Of a DNA stretch of 64,000 bases, positions 1 to 9,892 are shown in pieces. The stretch is taken from IMG/VR virus record IMGVR_UViG_3300033463_000005, positions 32,001-96,000 of that record; one strand, given 5' to 3'. The first letter of the stretch is position 1. Every line of letters starts with the position of its first letter. This DNA is from a virus. Taxonomy: Duplodnaviria > Caudoviricetes. The position numbers and the translations under genes are program-made. The notes beneath the pieces are model-generated. The model was not told the DNA's origin. It did not search any database and worked only from the letters and a program-made list of their open reading frames with translations.

Positions 1-964
1 TGCTATTATGCGTTTCATTTATATTCCGGCAGAGCATGTTTGTCAATGTACAATCAATGAAGATGGTGCAGGTAAAGGTCATTCCATGTTGGAAGGCGGA
101 TTGATTACAGCGAGAATGTATATGTTCTTGAAGCTGTATTCCATCTTATTCCAAATCAACAATTCTGCGATTCGTGTGTATCATTTGCGTTCGTCCGGTA
201 TTGATAAGAATTACAAACAATTCGTTCAACAGACAATGCGCAAGTTTGCTGCACGTCGTGTTACCTCTAATGATATCTTCAATTATCGTTCATCGATGAC
301 GAAAGTTTCTGGTGGATCGGAATTGATTATGCCAACTGGTGCAAACAATGAACCTGCACTGAGCATTGAAACAATACCTGCATCCGAAGCACCGCTCAGT
401 ACGGATCTGTTGGACAATCTTCGTGCAGAAGCATTGAACTCGACTCCAGTTCCTGCAATCATGGTACAAAATGGTGGTGTTACTGAAATCGAATTCTCGA
501 AGGAAACTGAATTGGCAAATACAAGATTCAATTCATTTATTGCTTCTTGTAAGATTGATTTCAATCGTGACATCACGAAGCTGTATCGAAAGATTCTTCG
601 TTGGGAAACTGATATTGATCCGGATATTCTACATAGTTTGAAATTCATGTTCCGTATGTCAACTGCAAAAGAATTGTCTGTTACTGCAGAAAAGTTGAAT
701 AACTTTGAAGCGTTGTTCAATATGGCGGTTCAAACATTCTTGACAGAAGATGAATCAAAACCGAATGGTGAAGAAAACATGACATCAAATGTTGTAAGAG
801 AATTCCGGAAACAAATGATTGGTCGGTATCTACCAGAAATCGATATTGAGGATCTGGAAGACTTGGCAAATCTTGCACGTATTGAAGCCAACAAAGAAAC
901 GTTGGGTGAAACTCCTCCAGAAGAGAATCTCGCAAATGCAGATAGTATTCCAGAGGAGGCTTGA
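1..964 (+). CDS. Portal protein, C-terminal part (gene probably starts before the window)
   Basis: The order AIRVYHL...VQQTMRKF...ELIMPT...SIETIP...LNSTPVP...EFSKETELANTRFNSFIASCKIDF parallels the T4 gp20 portal C-terminal core. Acidic tail. Jumbo-phage context. Confidence 0.65.
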   Translation, partial: AIMRFIYIPAEHVCQCTINEDGAGKGHSMLEGGLITARMYMFLKLYSILFQINNSAIRVYHLRSSGIDKNYKQFVQQTMRKFAARRVTSNDIFNYRSSMTKVSGGSELIMPTGANNEPALSIETIPASEAPLSTDLLDNLRAEALNSTPVPAIMVQNGGVTEIEFSKETELANTRFNSFIASCKIDFNRDITKLYRKILRWETDIDPDILHSLKFMFRMSTAKELSVTAEKLNNFEALFNMAVQTFLTEDESKPNGEENMTSNVVREFRKQMIGRYLPEIDIEDLEDLANLARIEANKETLGETPPEENLANADSIPEEA

Positions 965-969
965 TGTGA

Positions 970-1340
970 ATGAAAATTGAAAAAACGACAACCGGTGTGA
1001 TTATCCGTGAGCCAAATGATATGGTAAAACGGAAATGTTTGGCTTATTTTTCATTAGACAAACCTCTTCGTGAATTTTTTATCTACACAGGTAATGATCC
1101 GGATAACCATGGATGGTTTGGTGGTGAACGTGATGTTATTTACATCACTTCAGGATTCTTATCGTTATCTGATCCGGACATTCATAAGTTGAAAGTGGAT
1201 TCCGTAAAACCAATTCCAACTCCAAAAAAGATCGAGTTGAAAATGAACCGAGAACCCCGTTCCGATTTACAACGTGATTGCATTCAAAAAGTAACAACAT
1301 CGAATACAAATAAAATCACAATGGAACTAAAGCCTGGTGT
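970..1340 (+). CDS. SF2 (UvsW-like) helicase, exon 1
   Basis: Q-motif-like PRSDLQRDCI, then MELKPG-V, the first half of Walker A. It joins exon 2 in frame to give LKPGVGKT. Confidence 0.85.
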
Positions 1341-1667
1341 TGAACTTTACCGGCACCCGCGTACGGTGACGTGCGTGAAAAATACACCCCATTGAATTGC
1401 TGGGACGATAACTCTAATGCTCACAATGCTACAACGTAACGATGAAATATGCGTAAGCGTGAATGCGACGAAAGTAGAAAGAAATTGTGAGATGATGCAT
1501 GGTTAAATCCTAAACATCACAAGAATGAGCAATCAGCAGCGAAGCCTTGAATAGAGGAACGTTCGTCGGTCATTCTGTGTTTAACAGATTAGGAGTTTCA
1601 TTAGCTCCGAAGCGGTGGGCATCTCATATATATGAGATGATGATATGACCAAGCGGGTTGAACGCCG
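1341..1667 (+). mobile_element. Group I self-splicing intron, 327 nt, no homing endonuclease ORF
   Basis: P element GAATTGCTGGGA, Q element AATCAGCAG, P7 TCGGTCA/TGACCA. P1: exon GGTGT pairs with guide GCACC, with U-G at the splice site. P10: TTTACCG pairs with exon 2 TGGTAAA. Terminal G at 1667. Removal restores both frame and Walker A. Confidence 0.92.
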
Positions 1668-2742
1668 TGGTAAAACGTTCATTGCATTATATTCCGCATC
1701 AAAGTTGGGATTGAAACCATTGATTGTTGCACCAACATCATTATTGAAAAACCAATGGATTGAGAATATCGTTGAACTTGGTATTGATAAGAATGATATT
1801 GCAACAAAGATATGGGATGCACCCGATAAGAAAGTTTGTGTTGTAACAATTTCCTCATTGGAATTGGCAATCCGTGATGATTGGAATCGGTTATTGAAAA
1901 CATTGGATAATTCCGGATTTGGTATCAAAGTTATCGATGAAGCGCATCTTCATTTGAAAGGTATGCTGAAATTTGATGCTTTGTGTAATATCAAACACAA
2001 CTGGTATCTGTCCGCAACACTTGGAAGATCTGATGCAAAAGAGGATCGTATTTTAAATCGTGCTTTAAAAGATGCGGAACGATTCGTTGGAAATTCATCG
2101 TATGAAGAATATCAAAATGAATATGTCCAAGTATATTTCCAAGATATCTACTATTTCCCGTCATCCAGTTTATGTAAAAAATATTTCAAATATGGATCAA
2201 AGGGATTAATCAGAGCTTCTTATTATAAGATGCTTTTGAATTATCGCGGTGGAGATGCATTCATACGAAATCTGATTACGTTGATGAAACGCACAAAAGA
2301 ACTGTTGAATTATGATGCAAAGATTCTGTTGCTGGTTCCGTTGATTGACATTTTGAAACGGCTGTATGATGTTATGAAACGTGATCCATATTTCAGCAGA
2401 TACAAATTTGCAATCATTGAGGGTCATCTGACATTGTCGGAAAGACGTGAAGCAATGGAATCGGATTTCATTCTGTCAACATCTCTATCGATGGGAACTG
2501 GTGTCGATGTTTCAAATCTTGGTGCTGTGATCAATTTTGACCAATATGCATCACCGATTATTACGGAGCAGATCTTTGGTCGACTTAGAGATCGAGGAAA
2601 GGAAACATACTACATCGACGTTTGTGATCATGTCCGGCAAGCACGCGTGATTGCAAACTGGGGTGAACGCAGAAGAATCTTGATTCCATATTTCCCGGGT
2701 GCAAAACAAACGATCAAAAAGTTTTCACGCATTATATGCTAA
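1668..2742 (+). CDS. SF2 (UvsW-like) helicase, exon 2; spliced product 481 aa
   Basis: GKT, motif Ia IVAPTSLL, DEAH, SAT, motif V TGVDV, motif VI QIFGRLR. Confidence 0.88.
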
Positions 2743-2754
2743 AACATGAAAGTA
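2743..2754 (+). promoter_or_regulatory. Late-type phage promoter AACA-N6-TA
   Basis: AACA TGAAAG TA matches the AR9 late promoter consensus. The final A coincides with the first base of the downstream RNA closing stem. Confidence 0.6.
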
Positions 2755-2931
2755 ATCCGGAATGTGTTTCGAATCGTTACACCACGTGAATCTTCTCTCG
2801 AAAGATTGGTTACCTGACCCAATCTTTGGTTCACGCAAAATGTTGAGATTCCATCATATGCGAGTCATGATGGGTGTGTTCCTCCGAACCTCCGAGCACA
2901 ATGCCATTCTCGATTAACAACATTCCGGATT
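2754..2931 (+). ncRNA. Candidate structured small RNA 1 (multibranch, anti-SD loop)
   Basis: A 12-bp closing stem (2754-2765/2920-2931) encloses hairpins 2801-2827, 2851-2873 and 2875-2900. The last carries two CCTCC motifs. Bounded by a promoter and a terminator; no ORF in the track. Confidence 0.7.
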
Positions 2932-2942
2932 TTAGGGTTGTA

Positions 2943-2966
2943 AGTGTGGGGCTTCGGCCCCACACT
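2943..2966. terminator. GC-rich hairpin terminator
   Basis: AGTGTGGGGC-TTCG-GCCCCACACT. Confidence 0.75.
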
Positions 2967-2994
2967 GTATCCTATTATTCTGACTTTTCATATA

Positions 2995-3003
2995 TATATT
3001 ATT
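2995..3003 (+). promoter_or_regulatory. Early-type phage promoter TATATTAT
   Basis: The motif recurs upstream of non-structural genes and resembles the phiKZ early consensus TATATTAC. Confidence 0.6.
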
Positions 3004-3077
3004 AATATGAAGAGAGAATAAATTACTCTCTTTACAAAATTTTTACTGGTCTCTATGAGACCGGAAAGGAGAAAACA

Positions 3078-3413
3078 ATGTTTGTAGTAATATTAAAAGT
3101 TAGGCGGATGACCACAGAAAATGATGAGGTTGTCCTTGACGAAAGATCAGAGAGAGTAATCTCTCTGAGAGCCGATTTGGCTTCCGCAATTGTGGATGCC
3201 AAAAAAGCATCCGACAGTATATGGCTGTCCACATGCCTACTTGAGTATGAAACGACCATGGAATGCGAGCTTGGTGGGCGGTTGAACAACACATGGTGTT
3301 CGCCCGGCGAAAATCCCACAGAATTCGGTGGATATATAGACGATGGCGTCAACCACTTCAATTGGACGACCATTGTTGAGGAAGGTGACTTTTGGGAAGC
3401 AGAAGAATCTTGA
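3078..3413 (+). CDS. Hypothetical acidic early protein
   Basis: RBS GAAAGGAG, downstream of an early-type promoter. Confidence 0.7.
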   Translation: MFVVILKVRRMTTENDEVVLDERSERVISLRADLASAIVDAKKASDSIWLSTCLLEYETTMECELGGRLNNTWCSPGENPTEFGGYIDDGVNHFNWTTIVEEGDFWEAEES

Positions 3414-3470
3414 TTCCATTCTTCTGCTTCCCAGGAAATAACGATCAATCGGAACCGGATTGAAAGGGGT

Positions 3471-3857
3471 ATGTATATGAAACGATATATTTGCAATGTA
3501 GATATTGGGCATCACATTTATACCGAGCTCGGAGTTCTTTGGATATGTGGAGAAAATGGACTCTTCGTCACCTATGACGAAAATATTACGATATCGTGGC
3601 GGTATGATAATGGCCGTGCAACCGGTCCACGGTTGGAAACAGATGCCATTAGAAGAGCAGCCGAGAGAGTCTCGGCTGCGGCAAATGCTGGTGAGCTCAC
3701 AGAGAAGCACATTGCGGATCTCGTATCCGCAATGATCACGGGCAAATATGATATGACGGAGGATGAGAGATATATCCTCCGGGCAAAGCGCGGTTATTAC
3801 CGTGCCAGAACTGGTGAACTTGTAAAGGTTCACCAGAGGAAGAGAAGGGGCGCTTAA
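3471..3857 (+). CDS. Hypothetical early protein with basic C-terminus
   Basis: RBS GAAAGGGG; ends in a terminator hairpin; contains the 22-nt match to candidate sRNA 2. Confidence 0.65.
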   Translation: MYMKRYICNVDIGHHIYTELGVLWICGENGLFVTYDENITISWRYDNGRATGPRLETDAIRRAAERVSAAANAGELTEKHIADLVSAMITGKYDMTEDERYILRAKRGYYRARTGELVKVHQRKRRGA

Positions 3858-3878
3858 TGCGCCCCACTCTTTTTTTTT
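3847..3878. terminator. Terminator between convergent genes
   Basis: GGGGCGC-TTAAT-GCGCCCC followed by a T-run. Confidence 0.7.
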
Positions 3879-3880
3879 GT

Positions 3881-6016
3881 TTAAAATGTCTGATTGACGT
3901 CATAGAAGAATGATAGATCAGATACAGAAACCTGCTGATCCAATTCTGATTTTTTTGCAATACCAGCGTATTGATTTCTTTGATATCCATATTCGTCGCG
4001 ATCATTTTGACCAATCACATGCATTGGGTCTTGAGATGTTAAATCACGCAGCATTTGATTTTCAAATGCATACGGATTTGCATATGGAATCATATTGTTG
4101 ATTTGTTCGACTTCTAATTCCCGGTCATATTCTTTGACAACTTGTTTTGCATTTTTAAATACACATAATGTTTTGTCAATGTTAAACCGTTCAATTTTGT
4201 ATCCATAATAGAAAACATATAGCACATGGTTGTATGCCATGACCATGTCATCATGGAAACCGGTTGCTGCTTCAACTTTTCCATTTTTAGCACGGACGAG
4301 ATTCGTAATATCCCGTGCAAGATATCTTGTGCACAGCAGATGCGTATAATCTTTCACATGAAGCTTCAATAAGTCGAACATATTCTTTCTGATTTGTGGT
4401 GTGACGTATGTTCCAATATATCCTTTTTCTTTTGCTTTCCGTTTCATTGTCATTTCCGGAGTTTCGTATTCTGTAACATTCTTTGCCATATCCAATTTTG
4501 GATCATGATAGAAGCGATGTTCCAGATGTGATTCCTGAATGAAATCGACAATCGCTTTACCAATGGAATTTGTTTCAACACAGAATACACCGGATGGACA
4601 TAGTTTTGCAATGTCCGTAATGATACGCATCAGATCCATCACACCGATATATGGTGAAATCAATTCACCAACGACTTCAAATGTATATGGATGCACAATG
4701 CAGATCGCGGTATTATCTCCATCACCACCAGCAGCAACGTCGATTCCGATTAGATACGGGATTGTGATATCGAAATACGGTGTATCGGAATTTAAATCGG
4801 TTACTTGTACTTGATGTTTGTATACATATAAGAAGAATTTCTTTCTTAAGAAGATTTCATAATCTGGCTGTTTTGTATTTTGTACAATGTAATCAATGTC
4901 TTTTTGTTCAAACAATACGCTGCCAGAACCACGGTATCTTTGTAACAAAACACCGCGTCGATACTCGTCTGTTTTACCAAGATTTACAACCAATTCTTGA
5001 TGTTGTTGACGTAACCATTTATCATCTTTGCGTAGTTGTTTATAATTGAATTCTATATAGAAACCTGTAATCGGTTTACGAACTTCACCATTATCCAAAA
5101 CAACTTCATCGAACAATGCTTTCAATTCGTCTTCTGTCAAATCATATAACTTTTCACTGAATGTTGGAGTTGCTTCAATCATTCGTAATGCATCACGACC
5201 TTCATCGGTTTCCAAATCTCCAGGTGTAGAATACATCATGATGCATGTTCTACCACCGACAGCACGAATGATATTACGTGCAGATGTAATAGCTGGTGCG
5301 CCGCCTTCCATAACATCTGCGAAGTGTGGAATATATTCATACTCATCGAATGCACCTGCTGCGGAAGTCGCACCACGTAATGCATCGCGAGCTTTTTCTT
5401 TGGAATCAGATTGTGCCAATACAGCAAGTTTTGTTTTATGTGCATCATATATCAATGACTTTGGTCCAGGCGGTTTTGTTTTTTCATACCATGGATTCAG
5501 ATATGAAGGTAATGCATAAACATAATCACGGAATAATGTTGCATTCTGTAAACAGCGTTCCAATTTCAAATGCATCATTGGAATTGTTGCATTCTGATAT
5601 TCGAACAGCATCATGTATTCCAGGATAATGGTACACCATGTCGTCTTGTGTGTCTGACGCGGTTGACATAGTTTGAAATCAAAACTGTGAATGAAGCACC
5701 AGCATATTGCCAATGATGCTCGTGTCAATATTGGTGGGACATTACCAGCACCGATGACGGGAACACGTGCAATCTCTCGAAAAAAGAACCATGGATTCTT
5801 TTTACATTCCACAACAATTCTTCCAATTTCTTCGGCTTTGATATCACTTTTATATGGATCGATATCCTGAACGTTTAAATTCGGATATGCGACTTCTAAC
5901 ATGAAATACCAATTCTTGATACCAAGTGTTTTTAATTCTTGAGCAGTTGTTAAGAATGATGCGTTCTTTGTTCCAAAGTCGTAAAACTTATTTCCAATCT
6001 TAACAATTTTACTCAT
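3881..6016 (-). CDS. terL: Terminase large subunit
   Basis: Walker A-like PRQTHKTT, Walker B FDEYE, STPG coupling motif, nuclease GIDVAAGGDGD, ETNSIG, HDDMVMA. Start placed after RBS GAGGAGGT. Confidence 0.9.
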   Translation of the reverse strand: MSKIVKIGNKFYDFGTKNASFLTTAQELKTLGIKNWYFMLEVAYPNLNVQDIDPYKSDIKAEEIGRIVVECKKNPWFFFREIARVPVIGAGNVPPILTRASLAICWCFIHSFDFKLCQPRQTHKTTWCTIILEYMMLFEYQNATIPMMHLKLERCLQNATLFRDYVYALPSYLNPWYEKTKPPGPKSLIYDAHKTKLAVLAQSDSKEKARDALRGATSAAGAFDEYEYIPHFADVMEGGAPAITSARNIIRAVGGRTCIMMYSTPGDLETDEGRDALRMIEATPTFSEKLYDLTEDELKALFDEVVLDNGEVRKPITGFYIEFNYKQLRKDDKWLRQQHQELVVNLGKTDEYRRGVLLQRYRGSGSVLFEQKDIDYIVQNTKQPDYEIFLRKKFFLYVYKHQVQVTDLNSDTPYFDITIPYLIGIDVAAGGDGDNTAICIVHPYTFEVVGELISPYIGVMDLMRIITDIAKLCPSGVFCVETNSIGKAIVDFIQESHLEHRFYHDPKLDMAKNVTEYETPEMTMKRKAKEKGYIGTYVTPQIRKNMFDLLKLHVKDYTHLLCTRYLARDITNLVRAKNGKVEAATGFHDDMVMAYNHVLYVFYYGYKIERFNIDKTLCVFKNAKQVVKEYDRELEVEQINNMIPYANPYAFENQMLRDLTSQDPMHVIGQNDRDEYGYQRNQYAGIAKKSELDQQVSVSDLSFFYDVNQTF

Positions 6017-6100
6017 ATCATACACCTCCTCGTGTGATGTGATTTATAATCGATGTTTGATGGCATATTGATAAACATGACGTTTTGTATAACAAAAAAA

Positions 6101-6131
6101 TATGCGGGTATTGTGTGTGAATACCCGCATA
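6101..6131. terminator. Hairpin terminator
   Basis: TATGCGGGTATT...AATACCCGCATA with flanking A-runs. Confidence 0.7.
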
Positions 6132-6149
6132 CAAAATAGATGTCCGTGA

Positions 6150-6347
6150 TTATTCTTTACAGAATGGATCCGATGACATCGATAATTGATGTATATGTTG
6201 CAACAGTTGGGTGTTGTCATCTGTCAGAATATGACAGACGGTTTTTAACATAACATCAATGCTTTTGTTTCTGGTTGGACATGCGATCTGAATGGGTTCA
6301 AATTCAGATCGCCCAACCACCATCGATTGACTCATATGATTCACCAC
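6150..6347 (-). CDS. Small hypothetical early protein
   Basis: RBS GAAAGGTGG; TATATTAT promoter at 6370-6377 (-); own terminator. The true start may be a few codons downstream. Confidence 0.55.
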   Translation of the reverse strand: MVNHMSQSMVVGRSEFEPIQIACPTRNKSIDVMLKTVCHILTDDNTQLLQHIHQLSMSSDPFCKE

Positions 6348-6394
6348 CTTTCATGTGTGATTCATATGAATAATATATATAAATAAAAAATATA

Positions 6395-6420
6395 ATATGG
6401 GGGCCATCGGCCCCCATATT
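6395..6420. terminator. Hairpin terminator
   Basis: ATATGGGGGCC-ATC-GGCCCCCATAT. Confidence 0.75.
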
Positions 6421-6448
6421 TCAATTCATGTGCACGATCTGATATCCG

Positions 6449-8662
6449 TCAGGAGTATTGTTTTAATTGTTGCAGAATTGGTAAGAGTTGCGTGAATCGC
6501 TCATAGATGGATTCAATATAATCACGTGAGCATCCTTCAAACAGATTGGTTTCGTCGATCATTTTATAGAATTCTATCATGTCTACGAATGGATGTGATT
6601 CTTGATAATACATGAAATAGGAATGCATGATCAAGAAGAATCGAAGATCCGGAATGGATACATCGATTTTCACATTATTGATGTAAACAGGATACGTTTT
6701 ATCAACCGCGCCAATTGTTGAAAATCCAAAGATGTCTGGACGTAATTTGATACCCATAAATTTGAGCGTATTCTTCAGGTTATCCAATTGTGGGAATTGA
6801 TTGTACTTCGACAGATCAACACCCATATCATTCAGCTGCGACATCAGAATGGAATTCTCTTCATATTGTGATCCACGGAAATATGTTGTGATTTTTGAGA
6901 AATCCCGAACACCAACTCCAGCGAGGAAATTGTATGTGTCATATTCACCAAATTTCACGGGGTTATCGGAATAATGACGGAGATTCTTATTGAACTGATG
7001 TGTCTTAACAGGTTGATCATAAAGCGTTGTACGACCAGTCGAAACTGCGGCCAATGATTTAGAAGGCTCCTGCTTTAACACCCAAGTATACTGGAATCCG
7101 ACTGGATATTTATCATCCAATTTGACCCAACGTTTATGAAGCTTTGTGAATACATTATAATGCTTCATAATATCCGGGTATTTATCATATGCTTCCAGAA
7201 TTGCGTCACGAATGCAAACTTCATTAAACGGTTTGATTTGAATAATGTTTCCATTTGTCAGAATGTCATTGATGACAGCATTCGGATTCTCGGCATATAA
7301 CCGGCGAATTTCATCCGCTTGTTGTGGATTGAAGATTCCGACGAAGTCAGAAGTAATCTTCACAATGTCATCATTGGAAGCACCGTCATGATGCATTTTT
7401 GCAATATGTTGATTCATGCGATCCATCATGAACGTCATGGAACCTTCGTATGTTGCGAATGCAATGATACGGTTTGGAACCGCCAACGCATTTGCTAACA
7501 TATGAATCGGTCTACCATCATCCGTTCTCGGCATATCTTCCGTCGGAATGATTTTGGAAATAACGGATTTGTTTCCGTAACGTCCAACGACTTTCTGACC
7601 AACGGCAATCTTCATGGGTTGTAACATCGTGAATTTGATAATGGTATCCGCAATGTATTCCTTTGTAACCCATGTTGAATGATTCAAATACTTTTCTGCT
7701 TGATGGTAGATATCCAGCAGCGAAGTATCATCTTGAAATTTATCATCAAGCAATGCGGAAATATATGCATAGATGTCAGAATACCATTGACGAATTTGTG
7801 TCAGATACATGTTGAATTGCTCGTTCTCAACATCAACATTTGAAAAGATATCAATATCTACAACAGTTCCATGTGAGAAGTAATTCGTGTCATTGATATG
7901 TGGGATGGATGCTTCTGCAAATGTTGATACATATGAATTCTCACGAATGGAGCATAAGATGTTATCCTGCACCTCTTCACCAATATTCGGAAATGGTTTG
8001 TATTCTCCGTCTCTGCCATAACGGTTCAACAGGAATGATTTCTTTGACACATTTACTGTGACAATGTCAACCATATCATATTCCAATGCTTTTGCGGCAT
8101 CCGAAGAAATGATCAACGAATCTTCTGTTAATTGTGGAAGAACCGCATATGCCATTCGAAGATTCACACCAGCACAGTAATTGTCATTTACATATGAAGA
8201 TGATTGTGCAATTGCAGCGCCCTTCTTCAACACATCTCCTTCACGAATCTGTTGAATGTAATTCTTCATTCTGAATCCATATTTCTCAACAAGATTCACG
8301 GCCGGTTTATAAATCTTACAAATGTATTTTCCCGTCGCTAAATTCTGAAAGATGTATGCAATTGGAGAAAATGGTGCATTTGGGAATTTTACAAACTTTT
8401 TCATCAATTTGTAATCGTCAGTTGCACGGACATTCCATGATGAACGTTTTCCAAATTCATTTTCTGCACCGGAGAAAATCATAGGGAATTCCGGATTCCG
8501 CAGAACCAATCTCTGTGACACATGCTTCACCATCATTCCACCACGTGTTGTAGAGATCTTTTCAGGAAATCCCATTGCAGACATTCCAGTTAGTGACAAC
8601 GGATCGACATCAGCACATCTCCGATCGATATCCGATGCATTATTCATAACTTGTTTCGGCAT
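6449..8662 (-). CDS. Multisubunit RNA polymerase beta subunit, C-terminal half (probably non-virion RNAP)
   Basis: GVNLRMAY, TEDSLIIS, GQKVVGRYGNKSVISKI (compare GDK..GRHGNKG), MPRTDDGRP, PVKFGEYD. Early-type TATATGAT promoter at 8749-8756. Confidence 0.9.
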   Translation of the reverse strand: MPKQVMNNASDIDRRCADVDPLSLTGMSAMGFPEKISTTRGGMMVKHVSQRLVLRNPEFPMIFSGAENEFGKRSSWNVRATDDYKLMKKFVKFPNAPFSPIAYIFQNLATGKYICKIYKPAVNLVEKYGFRMKNYIQQIREGDVLKKGAAIAQSSSYVNDNYCAGVNLRMAYAVLPQLTEDSLIISSDAAKALEYDMVDIVTVNVSKKSFLLNRYGRDGEYKPFPNIGEEVQDNILCSIRENSYVSTFAEASIPHINDTNYFSHGTVVDIDIFSNVDVENEQFNMYLTQIRQWYSDIYAYISALLDDKFQDDTSLLDIYHQAEKYLNHSTWVTKEYIADTIIKFTMLQPMKIAVGQKVVGRYGNKSVISKIIPTEDMPRTDDGRPIHMLANALAVPNRIIAFATYEGSMTFMMDRMNQHIAKMHHDGASNDDIVKITSDFVGIFNPQQADEIRRLYAENPNAVINDILTNGNIIQIKPFNEVCIRDAILEAYDKYPDIMKHYNVFTKLHKRWVKLDDKYPVGFQYTWVLKQEPSKSLAAVSTGRTTLYDQPVKTHQFNKNLRHYSDNPVKFGEYDTYNFLAGVGVRDFSKITTYFRGSQYEENSILMSQLNDMGVDLSKYNQFPQLDNLKNTLKFMGIKLRPDIFGFSTIGAVDKTYPVYINNVKIDVSIPDLRFFLIMHSYFMYYQESHPFVDMIEFYKMIDETNLFEGCSRDYIESIYERFTQLLPILQQLKQYS

Positions 8663-8776
8663 AATAGATACTCCCTTCCGTAACATAAATTGTATTTGTT
8701 AGTTACAATGCTTATGATATTAAACACAATCATTGTACATACACGGAAATCATATACATGCCAAAATAAAATTAAT

Positions 8777-8804
8777 ATATGTGGGGGCATATGCCCCCAC
8801 ATAT
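8777..8804. terminator. Hairpin terminator
   Basis: ATATGTGGGGGC-ATAT-GCCCCCACATAT. Confidence 0.75.
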
Positions 8805-8811
8805 ATTACCA

Positions 8812-9666
8812 TCATAGAACCGATGCGACGTTTCGAATAAATGTAACTGCTTCAGATTCTGTATGAATCTTCATATCAGCACATGCATATGATGCATTCA
8901 GATAAACACCCAGAACAATGAAGATATCGGATTTGATTGTGATATTGGTGAACAAGCGTTTGATCAGATCATCCAAATCAAACTTCGGAACGAATTCATC
9001 TTCCGTCGTCATATAGAATTTTGTGATCATCTGATAATCAGGTCCGAAGAAAAGTAGATCATCATACTTGTCCATTTTCTCCAGATCAATCTTGCTCCGC
9101 ATCAGATAGTTATTCAAATCTTCATAGGAAACTTCTCTTGCAACATATTCAATGACAGGAGTCATATTAGAGAAGATTTGAATCCGAATGCGTTCAATCT
9201 GATCAATATACTTGAATAGACAATAATAAATGAAAATGTCATCGATGACATCGTCCATTGTAACTTTATTGTCATTCAATGCGACAATAACCGGATGTGT
9301 TTCTCCGAGAGTATGACGCAGTTCTTCCGGCGTGACTCTGGATTTGATTCTACCGTATTCCGGAACGGTTTGATTTGTGACAAATAGCTTTGTCTTTTTC
9401 GGTTGACGTTCCGTGGATTCCGGTTCTTCTACTGGTTTATCATCATCGGTACATGGAATGAATGCATCCAATGGTAATGTCTCTAGTTCAATATCCCATG
9501 TGAATGCTTTGTAATACTTCGTATAATCATCACGTGTTAGAATTGTATGACGTCCATTCAATAATCGAATGTTTTGGAAAAATACATCACACGAAGAAAT
9601 CAACATCTTGTGTCGTTCCAGACGTTTCTCGAATTCTAATACAGATGCTTTTGGAATCATAATCAT
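8812..9666 (-). CDS. Hypothetical protein
   Basis: 284-aa ORF with RBS; overlaps the upstream stop codon. Confidence 0.75.
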   Translation of the reverse strand: MIMIPKASVLEFEKRLERHKMLISSCDVFFQNIRLLNGRHTILTRDDYTKYYKAFTWDIELETLPLDAFIPCTDDDKPVEEPESTERQPKKTKLFVTNQTVPEYGRIKSRVTPEELRHTLGETHPVIVALNDNKVTMDDVIDDIFIYYCLFKYIDQIERIRIQIFSNMTPVIEYVAREVSYEDLNNYLMRSKIDLEKMDKYDDLLFFGPDYQMITKFYMTTEDEFVPKFDLDDLIKRLFTNITIKSDIFIVLGVYLNASYACADMKIHTESEAVTFIRNVASVL

Positions 9667-9854
9667 GATTGTGATCTTCCTTCCATTGTGTTTGATTGCT
9701 GCCTTGCATTATTTTTATTCTCGTAATATTCATTTCGAATTGGTTGATAATTCTCGACAACATACGAAATTCCATTACGTTGTATGAAAACATGAACGAA
9801 GTCGTTCAACCGAATTTGTTGAACGACTTCGAATGTCGTGATCGTGGCCACCAT
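9663..9854 (-). CDS. Small hypothetical protein
   Basis: RBS GAAAGGA; ATGA overlap with the next gene. Confidence 0.55.
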   Translation of the reverse strand: MVATITTFEVVQQIRLNDFVHVFIQRNGISYVVENYQPIRNEYYENKNNARQQSNTMEGRSQS

Positions 9855-9892
9855 ATGATTCAGATCCTTTCATAATGAATATTTTTGTTTGA

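Noticed and set aside
970-2742. Helicase as a frameshifted pseudogene or two genes (141 aa and 365 aa in the track)
   Set aside because: The gap has complete group I intron hallmarks, and splicing restores Walker A exactly.
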